DNA of 32,000 bases from Candidatus Dasytiphilus stammeri. Its GTDB lineage: Bacteria; Pseudomonadota; Gammaproteobacteria; Enterobacterales; Enterobacteriaceae. Below, piece by piece: positions 1 through 7,124 of this stretch. A program made the translations under genes and the position numbers. The notes beneath the pieces were generated by a model. The model did no database searches and was not told the DNA's origin. It was given only the letters and a program-made list of their open reading frames with translations. The stretch lies in the NCBI GenBank assembly GCA_041944835.1, contig CP145879.1, forward strand, positions 283,621 through 315,620, given 5' to 3'. Positions within the stretch are counted from its first letter, which is position 1; each line of letters opens with the position of its first letter.

Positions 1-141
1 ATGATACTTAAATAATATAAAAAGAGTCATCATAATAAATAAAAAAATTATAAAGAGATTAGCAATAGACTCACGAACCAAATATAAAACCCACCAAAGA
101 GTTTTAAAAATTTTTTTTATATTCTGCCAGATTGTTTTCAT
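1..141 (-). CDS. sppA: N-terminal fragment (47 codons, runs off the window start) of a membrane protein resembling signal peptide peptidase SppA (protease IV)
   Basis: Not in the ORF track because the window edge truncates it. A reverse-strand ATG at 141..139 reads MKTIWQNIKKIFKTLWWVLYLVRESIANLFIIFLFIMMTLFILFKYH and stays open to position 1. The pattern M-[KR]-T-[IL]-W..I...FK..W..L..VRE...NLF.IFL matches my recollection of the enterobacterial SppA N-terminal membrane anchor. Confidence 0.45.
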   Translation of the reverse strand, partial: MKTIWQNIKKIFKTLWWVLYLVRESIANLFIIFLFIMMTLFILFKYH

Positions 142-282
142 ACAATCTCCTATTATTAAGTAATAGTTTTTATGGTAATTTAAAAAATTATTGATATGAT
201 ACCAAATTTAATTGTATACATTATCTTAATATTAGATTTTTATCTATATTAGATTGTAAAAAAATAGTAAATAAAATTTTTT

Positions 283-987
283 ATGCTTATGAAGAGTGTT
301 CAAGATTATTTTTTATATGAAATTATAGATAATGAAAAAACATTATTAGCACTTTCTCAATCTCTTGCAGGTTATAATTTAGGTGATTTAGCTGCACATG
401 TTGGATTAAAAATTCCAATAGATTTAAAATCTAATAAAGGTTGGATAGGTAATTTAATAGAAAAATGTCTTGGGGTGAATGCAAAAAGTAAACCCCAACC
501 TGATTTTTCCAATTTAGGAATTGAACTAAAAACTATACCGATAAATAGTTATGGGTGTCCACTTCAATCAACATTTATTTGCTCAGTATCATTATCTATG
601 AATAAAAATATAGGTATTACATGGAAAATATCTAATGTTCGGCATAAAATATCTAGAATTTTATGGGTACCTATAGAAGGTGAAAAAAAAGTTCCTCTTC
701 CTTTGAGAAGAGTAGGTACTCCTTTTTTGTGGAGTCCAAACTCTTATGAAGAAGATATTATCCGATGTGATTGGGAAGAATTAATAACATTAATTATATG
801 TGGAGAAATAGAAAATGTAAGTACAAGAAATGGAGAAGTATTACAAATACGTCATAAAGCTATTATTAATAATAAATACCCGAAAATAATTGGAAAAGAT
901 GGTCACTCAATTATAATTAGGCCTCTAAGTTTTTATTTAAGAAAAAATTTCACTGCTATTATCTTAGCTCGTCAATTTTTACTGTAA
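283..987 (+). CDS. mutH: DNA mismatch repair endonuclease MutH (GATC-specific nicking enzyme)
   Basis: The 234-aa ORF aligns along its full length with E. coli MutH. Matching segments include LSGYNLGDLAA, KGWIGNLIE, SKPQPDF..LGIELKTIP, VRHKISRILWVPIEGE, RRVGTPFLWSP, DWEEL, FYLRKNFT and LARQFL. It is followed by ygdQ, as in E. coli. Confidence 0.93.
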   Translation: MLMKSVQDYFLYEIIDNEKTLLALSQSLAGYNLGDLAAHVGLKIPIDLKSNKGWIGNLIEKCLGVNAKSKPQPDFSNLGIELKTIPINSYGCPLQSTFICSVSLSMNKNIGITWKISNVRHKISRILWVPIEGEKKVPLPLRRVGTPFLWSPNSYEEDIIRCDWEELITLIICGEIENVSTRNGEVLQIRHKAIINNKYPKIIGKDGHSIIIRPLSFYLRKNFTAIILARQFLL

Positions 988-1008
988 ATATTTTATAGAA
1001 TCATAAAA

Positions 1009-1716
1009 ATGTTTATTACTCCAAATGCCTGGTTATCTTTAATTACTTTAATTATTCTAGAAATAATATTAGGTATTGATAATATGGTTTTTATTTCATT
1101 AGTAGTTGCTAAATTACCTAAAAATCAACAAAAAAAAGTTAGCTATTTCGGCTTAATAGCAGCAATGTTAATACGTCTAATATTATTATATTTTATGGGT
1201 CGGCTTATTAAAATTAACAAAGCGCTATTTATAATCTTTGATTATGTTTTTACTATTCATAACATTATTTTATTAGTTGGTGGATTTTTTTTAATAATAA
1301 AATCTATTATAGAAATTTTTTATTTACTTAGAGTAAAGACAAATGAAATAAAAACCACTGTAAATTATTGTTTTTTAAAGACAGTTTTTCAAATAATTTT
1401 TTTAGATATTCTTTTTAGTTTTGATTCGGTAATTACAGCTGTTGGTTTATCGAATAATATTTTTATTATGTTTACTGCTATAATAATAGCAGTTATTATT
1501 ATGATATATACAACATTAAAAATTTCTAAGTTTATTAATCATCACTTGTCATTTAAAATATTAGCATTAGCCTTCTTATTTTTAGTTGGATTAACTTTGT
1601 TTATGGAAGGATTTTCGATCCACATTCCAATTGAATATATTTATTTTTCATTATTTTTTTCTATATTTGTAGAAATATTAAATTTATTAACTAATAATAG
1701 AAAAAGAAATATTTAA
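1009..1716 (+). CDS. ygdQ: TerC-family integral membrane protein (YgdQ-like)
   Basis: The 235-aa polytopic hydrophobic ORF carries PNAWLSL..LEIILGIDNMVFISLVVAKLP and LDILFSFDSVITAVGLS motifs typical of TerC/YgdQ proteins. Its position immediately downstream of mutH matches E. coli mutH-ygdQ. Confidence 0.85.
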   Translation: MFITPNAWLSLITLIILEIILGIDNMVFISLVVAKLPKNQQKKVSYFGLIAAMLIRLILLYFMGRLIKINKALFIIFDYVFTIHNIILLVGGFFLIIKSIIEIFYLLRVKTNEIKTTVNYCFLKTVFQIIFLDILFSFDSVITAVGLSNNIFIMFTAIIIAVIIMIYTTLKISKFINHHLSFKILALAFLFLVGLTLFMEGFSIHIPIEYIYFSLFFSIFVEILNLLTNNRKRNI

Positions 1717-1744
1717 AGACATTAAGATTTTCTCTATAAAAAAT

Positions 1745-2704
1745 TTAATATTCTATAACTACAGAAACCGTATCGGAATAAATTCCAGATGGAAGATCTC
1801 TTTGGATTGGATTTATCATAGCTTTATAATATATAAATTGGGGAATTCCAGTTCCAATTAATTTCTTTTTACTATTTTCATTCCAAATAAAATTATTATC
1901 TGGATAATAAATATTATATTCAATATAATGATTATTATTATCACTTAATCGACGCCATAGATTATTAATATTTTTACCTTCAGTAAACCAAAGTTTATAA
2001 TTTTCTTTTTTTGTACAACTTACACTCATATTAAGTTTTAGAGGTTTAAATTGACTTACTAATGCATGACTTCCAAAATTTATATCAGAAATAGTATTAA
2101 TTACACAATCTTTCTTTATGATGGATTGAACGGTTATGAAGGTTGAACCTTTTCCATTCCAAGATGATAAACATACTAAACTACCCAATCTACATATAGA
2201 ATATTCCCAATTAATTTGAATAATATCTTGATATACTCCAGCTCGTACATTGGCATTAGGAAGAGTTTTAATATAAATAGGAACTCTAGAATTAGTGGAG
2301 GAAAAAATCATAGAGATTAAATTAAGATTTTTATAGTCAATAGAATCTCCGATTCTATAAGCATATTGATAATTTTTATCAGGATAAATCATATAAGGAA
2401 TGGAATCTCCTGAACCATCTAAATTTTTCAATTGCATGTTATAAGATGTTCCAATAATCTTACCTTTAATTTTATTATTAGTTAGTAAGGTCATGCTTAG
2501 TCCAGAACATGCTAGTCCAGAGTTACCTTGTGCTTTTATGCTGCCATTTAAAACTGCAAAAGAAGTCGAGTCTCCTAATTCTACTTTTCCATCTGATAAC
2601 CAACAATTAGCTGTTACTCTATTACAAAAAAATAATTTTATTATTACCAATGCTAATGTAATAATAAAAATGGTTTTTTTTAAAATATAACTATTTACTG
2701 ACAA
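1745..2704 (-). CDS. Two-domain fimbrial tip adhesin (CsuE-like) built from two tandem SCPU-like modules; last gene of the chaperone-usher operon
   Basis: The 319-aa ORF has an N-terminal signal peptide (KKTIFIITLALVIIKLFF..VTA). Module 1 ends AGVYQDIIQINWEY and module 2 ends SGIYSDTVSVVIEY, which is the C-terminal beta-strand signature of SCPU pilins. Each module has a Cys pair (NCW..LACSG and KDCVIN..VSCTK). The apparent TTG start at 2704 overlaps the usher stop by 10 nt. Confidence 0.7.
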   Translation of the reverse strand: MSVNSYILKKTIFIITLALVIIKLFFCNRVTANCWLSDGKVELGDSTSFAVLNGSIKAQGNSGLACSGLSMTLLTNNKIKGKIIGTSYNMQLKNLDGSGDSIPYMIYPDKNYQYAYRIGDSIDYKNLNLISMIFSSTNSRVPIYIKTLPNANVRAGVYQDIIQINWEYSICRLGSLVCLSSWNGKGSTFITVQSIIKKDCVINTISDINFGSHALVSQFKPLKLNMSVSCTKKENYKLWFTEGKNINNLWRRLSDNNNHYIEYNIYYPDNNFIWNENSKKKLIGTGIPQFIYYKAMINPIQRDLPSGIYSDTVSVVIEY

Positions 2705-5091
2705 ACTTGTTTCCCTAAATTCAATATTCCATTAAATGTTTTTATTGGTAATCTTACATGACAAGATTTTCCATTATCTGATCGAGTAATTGTGAGTTTA
2801 GGATATTTTTGGTTAAATCCTTCAATCCAAACTTGTCCCTGCCAACCTAACCAAGTTACTATCGATGTTCCTTTTATTTTAACTATACTACCATTGGGTA
2901 AATAATTACCTTTTTTATCGACTATACTAAACAGTAGTGCATTAAATTTATGAATATCAAACTCTATTAAATATCCACTATGTTCTTTGATAGGTATTTT
3001 TTTGGTGGTTTCTGTTGCAATTACATCGACTGGTAATTTAAGAGGATTTATATCAAATTTTGATCTATACCATCCAGTAATTGTTGGAATTAATAAATAT
3101 CCCAACCGGTTTGTTTTACCTACAAACTGATTTTCATAAAATACTGGGATTTTACCATATCCCTTAGTAGATACTAATACAAAAGCATCATAAATAGGTT
3201 GAGTGACATAGATATGTCCTGCTATATTAACTAGCGATCCCTCAAATTCAATCCAGCTATTTTCATTATTATAAAAATCACCAAAAATTCCAAATCTATT
3301 TTCAAAATATCGATTTTTCCAAAAAAAATTAGCTTCATGATATTTATTATCTTTTGCATTTTGAGAAACCATTAAATTCCAACCAATTTCTGCATTATTA
3401 TTTGTGGTAATTTTATTACTCCAGATTTGACTTGAATTAATATTTTCATTGTCATCTACAGTTGATGATAATGAAGTATTACCATTACCCCAAAAATTCA
3501 AGGGTAAAGTTAACATTAATTGGGCATTAAAATTAGGATGATTGGTTTTTTTGTTTATAGAAGCTAATAAATTTATAGTTTTTGGCAATGTAATACTATA
3601 AGAGAGATTAAAAAATCGATTTGTCTTACCTTTATTATTCCATGTATTTATTAATCCTAAACTCAAATTTCCATAATTTCCAAAATTTATGCTTCCACTA
3701 AGATTATTTACATGCCTCTTGGCTTTTGAAAATTTATAATCAGACAAATTACTATAATTATAATTGCTGAAGCTATGTAAAGCACTTAAATTAAAGTATG
3801 TATTATTATAATTATAACCAATACTTATTTTTTGACCCCGATTATTTGGAATTAATGATGATTTATAAAAATGACTTTTAATATTATTATTAGTGATACC
3901 ACTTCTACTCCAAGATATATTAACAACTCCTAACATCATTGGTTTGATATTGGCACCCACACCATAATTTAGTAAATCTCGATTTACTTCCATTTTTCCT
4001 TCTAAAGTCAACCAAGATTTTATTCCATGACGCATCATACCACTAGCAATTAGATGACTATAATTCATTGAATTTATACCGTAATCTTCACGCAATAGTC
4101 CTAATGAGAGACTAAAATTAGTTAATCCTTTCTTTAATAGTTCACTAGTAACATAAAAGGGTATTAGATTAATTTTCTTCTTATTTGGAGAAAAAATAAC
4201 TATTTTTGCTTTACTAGCACCTTGTAAATTAGGAATTGCATCTATTAAAATGAAAGGTCCAGGATTAATCTTCTTTGCAGACATTATTTGAGAATTATTA
4301 ATATAAAGATCAACTTTACTTGGTTCAACTGTCTGACTATAAAAAGTAGGTAATGGATATGTAATTAGATCGGGACATAATGAAAAATTACGGAATAATT
4401 TAATGCCACCTATCCTTAGAGGAATAGATCCAAATAATGTATCAGTAATACTATCTCCTATTATATAACTTACTAGATGTTTTTCATCGTTTATATCCCA
4501 ATGAGTATCATAGCGTATAAAGGGTTTAGATAATTCATTACTCCAACTACTTGTATTTGACAAAACCCCCCACTTACTAAATACACGTAATTCGGACCAA
4601 AACGTTAAAAATCCAATGTTATATTTATATGAATAAAATTGTCTATGAAAATAAAAATTATAATTAAATAACCATCCAAAGTTACTTTGACTAGGTATAT
4701 TTTTTTCAAGTAATCTTTTCTGATTACTTAAAAATATTTTTTGCTTTGGAAACCAAAAAAATGGTACGTTGATGATTAATTTTTGCGATTTAATCTCATA
4801 TTGAATATGTACATCTTTGATTTCATCTATAGCAATAAAATTGGAAAGCTTTATATTATTTGGAATAATAAGTCCAGCAGATCTAAGTTCTTTCAATCTA
4901 ATATAATAATGACCATTATTTAAATTAACCCTAATAATTTTTCCTGTATCTATTCCATTAAGAACTAATTCTAGATAAAGCTGATTAGCAGCAGGTATTA
5001 CTTCTAAGTAATTACCTAATGCAAAGTTTATTGAAAGTAAAAATATAATCAATAAAAAAAAAATTTGTTTAATAAATTTATATCCATTCAA
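2695..5091 (-). CDS. Outer-membrane fimbrial usher (FimD/PapC/CsuD family)
   Basis: The 798-aa ORF has a signal peptide (FFLLIIFLLSINFALG). Its size, its aromatic, Asn/Ser/Gly-rich beta-barrel-like composition, and its position between a PapD-like chaperone and an adhesin gene all fit an usher. The apparent TTG start lies 3 nt after the chaperone stop. Confidence 0.8.
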   Translation of the reverse strand: MNGYKFIKQIFFLLIIFLLSINFALGNYLEVIPAANQLYLELVLNGIDTGKIIRVNLNNGHYYIRLKELRSAGLIIPNNIKLSNFIAIDEIKDVHIQYEIKSQKLIINVPFFWFPKQKIFLSNQKRLLEKNIPSQSNFGWLFNYNFYFHRQFYSYKYNIGFLTFWSELRVFSKWGVLSNTSSWSNELSKPFIRYDTHWDINDEKHLVSYIIGDSITDTLFGSIPLRIGGIKLFRNFSLCPDLITYPLPTFYSQTVEPSKVDLYINNSQIMSAKKINPGPFILIDAIPNLQGASKAKIVIFSPNKKKINLIPFYVTSELLKKGLTNFSLSLGLLREDYGINSMNYSHLIASGMMRHGIKSWLTLEGKMEVNRDLLNYGVGANIKPMMLGVVNISWSRSGITNNNIKSHFYKSSLIPNNRGQKISIGYNYNNTYFNLSALHSFSNYNYSNLSDYKFSKAKRHVNNLSGSINFGNYGNLSLGLINTWNNKGKTNRFFNLSYSITLPKTINLLASINKKTNHPNFNAQLMLTLPLNFWGNGNTSLSSTVDDNENINSSQIWSNKITTNNNAEIGWNLMVSQNAKDNKYHEANFFWKNRYFENRFGIFGDFYNNENSWIEFEGSLVNIAGHIYVTQPIYDAFVLVSTKGYGKIPVFYENQFVGKTNRLGYLLIPTITGWYRSKFDINPLKLPVDVIATETTKKIPIKEHSGYLIEFDIHKFNALLFSIVDKKGNYLPNGSIVKIKGTSIVTWLGWQGQVWIEGFNQKYPKLTITRSDNGKSCHVRLPIKTFNGILNLGKQVCQ

Positions 5092-5094
5092 ATA

Positions 5095-5871
5095 TTAAAA
5101 TTCTGGCATTAATTGTTGAAACTGCAAATTATCGTTAACTTTAGCTACTAAAAATCCTTTAGAGAATATAAATGGCGTGGATAAAGGCAAAAAAATTTCA
5201 GCTTGAGGTAAAATATATGCAAACAATCCATTATTAATGATATGTTTGATTTTTCCATCTAAAAACATAATATCAGTAACTTTAGCATGAACTAACCCTT
5301 TATTATGGATTATTAATAATTTTTTACCATTTTTTGTTATTATACGATAATATAATATCGGATGAGTGGCTGGCCTTAGATGGTTTAGATGTTGATAATC
5401 CGGTTTAGTCCAAATATTCTTACCATCTATAAATAATGGTATGGAATAACGCATTTTAAAATTTAAACCGATTTTATTTTTAGTAGGTTCTATAGTTTTA
5501 GGAATTTCATCAATAAGTATTCGATAACTCCATTGGTGGTATTGAGGAGGAGTTAAAATTTTTACTAGTCTAATTAATTGCTTATTTTTAGGTAAAATTT
5601 CAACCATGGGTGGACTAACAATTATTTCCTGTTGTTCTGAAAGCTGATTCTCATAATTTTTTTGTTTCCAACTAAAAACTCGAATTTGTACTAAAATAGA
5701 ATTAGAATTATGGTTTTCTAACCATAATTCAGCCGCATTTTGATCCGCTTCAATTACCGGATCAAGCGGCCAAATTAATATTGATGAATTAGCTAAAAGT
5801 GAAGTATTGCATATCATTAAATATGATGCTAATATCACTAGCCAAGAAAATATTGTTCTTTTTGTCTGCAT
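5095..5871 (-). CDS. Periplasmic fimbrial chaperone (PapD-like, CsuC type)
   Basis: The 258-aa ORF has a signal peptide. It carries motifs I recognise from Csu-type chaperones: ILIWPLDPVIEA, VQIRVFSWKQ, IIVSPPM, SYRILIDEIP and FKMRYSIPLF. Confidence 0.85.
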   Translation of the reverse strand: MQTKRTIFSWLVILASYLMICNTSLLANSSILIWPLDPVIEADQNAAELWLENHNSNSILVQIRVFSWKQKNYENQLSEQQEIIVSPPMVEILPKNKQLIRLVKILTPPQYHQWSYRILIDEIPKTIEPTKNKIGLNFKMRYSIPLFIDGKNIWTKPDYQHLNHLRPATHPILYYRIITKNGKKLLIIHNKGLVHAKVTDIMFLDGKIKHIINNGLFAYILPQAEIFLPLSTPFIFSKGFLVAKVNDNLQFQQLMPEF

Positions 5872-5889
5872 AATCTTTTTTTTTAATAC

Positions 5890-6459
5890 CTAATAACTAA
5901 TAGTCATCGTTACTATATCCTCATACTGACCGGCTTCTGGTAAAATATTAGAATTGAATAAACGTGCATAAATATAATATTTATTAACTATTCCTAATAT
6001 AATTATAGATTTACTATTACCACCATTAATATCATTTCCCCAGATTATACTATGTGCAGCGTCTTGAAATAATTGATACCGTAACATTTTATTTCCAGAT
6101 TTTTTCTTTAGTAAGCGTCCCTGACTGATATTACCCATTCGATTTATTCCACTATCTAATGCTAAATTTACATTAACACCTGGAGTACATTTTAATACTA
6201 TTGATCCTAAATCATAACTAGAAAGAGTATCTATAGGTTGTTGAATAGAAGTAACATTACCAAAATTAATAGTATTTAGATGAATGGAATTGTGATTTAA
6301 TTTACAACCTTTAACTATATTTGCATGAACCTGAAAATTTCGGCTATTACTAGAAGAATAAGTTTGGTTATCTGCTTGAATACTTACGACAAAGAAGACC
6401 TCTAGTAGTATAACCATACCTATTCGTAATAGTAGTAAAATTAAATATTTGATGAGCAT
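5890..6459 (-). CDS. SCPU (spore coat U) domain fimbrial subunit, minor/second pilin
   Basis: The 189-aa ORF has a signal peptide ending SIQA. Family hallmarks are GCKLN...INFGNV, LKCTPG, YQLFQDAAH..IWG and the C-terminal AGQYEDIVTMTISY. Confidence 0.8.
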   Translation of the reverse strand: MLIKYLILLLLRIGMVILLEVFFVVSIQADNQTYSSSNSRNFQVHANIVKGCKLNHNSIHLNTINFGNVTSIQQPIDTLSSYDLGSIVLKCTPGVNVNLALDSGINRMGNISQGRLLKKKSGNKMLRYQLFQDAAHSIIWGNDINGGNSKSIIILGIVNKYYIYARLFNSNILPEAGQYEDIVTMTISY

Positions 6460-6504
6460 AAAACTATAATGATTATAAAGTAGTCATAATTTTATATCAT
6501 TTCC

Positions 6505-6999
6505 TTACCAACTAACTGTAACAGTTACTGTATCGGTATAAGTCCCAGCTTTAACTGATGGTTGTTTTGGGATGCGTCCATAAATCGTTAAAGCAGTTTC
6601 TTTTCCGGTTCCAGCTTGAGATAATTTACTGTCCCAGAGTTTTGTATGGGCAGCATTTTGGTACAAATCATATTTAATATAATCTCCTTGTTCTCCTTTC
6701 ATACGTCTTTGTTTTCCATCTGGTTGTGATCCATCATTTAAACTTACATAATAACTTAATCCTTTTGTACAATTTAATCCTATAGATCCTCCAGTTCCCG
6801 TTGACTGAGCATCAATTACATTATTAAGATTTGGATGTTCTCCAAAATCTATATTACCAAAATGCATTAAGGTCCCTCGTGTCACTTCACAACCATTACC
6901 GATAATTATTTGTACATCTAAATTATTTTCTATTTGTCCTCCTGCATAAACATAAGCAGAAAAAAATAGAATTGATAGTATTGATAATACTTTTATCAT
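6505..6999 (-). CDS. SCPU domain fimbrial major subunit (CsuA/B-like), first gene of the operon
   Basis: Hallmarks are GCEV...IDFGEH, LNCTKG, YDLYQNAAHTKLW and the C-terminal AGTYTDTVTVTVSW. I place the start at the internal ATG 6999..6997 (MIKVLSILSILFFSAYVYAGG, a clean signal peptide). That ATG is preceded by AAGGA 8 nt upstream, whereas the ORF-track start at 7044 adds 15 non-signal residues and has no RBS. Confidence 0.8.
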   Translation of the reverse strand: MIKVLSILSILFFSAYVYAGGQIENNLDVQIIIGNGCEVTRGTLMHFGNIDFGEHPNLNNVIDAQSTGTGGSIGLNCTKGLSYYVSLNDGSQPDGKQRRMKGEQGDYIKYDLYQNAAHTKLWDSKLSQAGTGKETALTIYGRIPKQPSVKAGTYTDTVTVTVSW

Positions 7000-7070
7000 A
7001 TTGATTATCCTTTTAGTTATTTCATCATATATGGATATGATCAATGAATGATATAAATCTTATTCTTTAA

Positions 7071-7098
7071 AGTGTAAAATAAGTCGATGATTTGTCAA
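7071..7098 (-). promoter_or_regulatory. Candidate sigma70 promoter for the pilus operon
   Basis: On the minus strand: TTGACA (7098..7093), a 16-nt spacer, then TACACT (7076..7071). It lies about 70 nt upstream of the pilin ATG, in the 125-nt gap after hflC. A perfect -35 hexamer is uncommon but not rare by chance in AT-rich DNA. Confidence 0.3.
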
Positions 7099-7124
7099 AT
7101 TTAAGCAATGATTGTTTTTAACAC

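Noticed and set aside
2493-2690. 65-aa plus-strand ORF inside the adhesin gene
   Set aside because: It lies entirely antisense to a longer ORF that has clear family signatures. It has no RBS and no recognisable motif.
7000-7044. ORF-track N-terminal extension of the major pilin (MIISIYDEITKRIIN...)
   Set aside because: The extension is not signal-peptide-like and has no RBS. The internal ATG at 6999 has an AAGGA RBS at good spacing and starts a canonical signal peptide.
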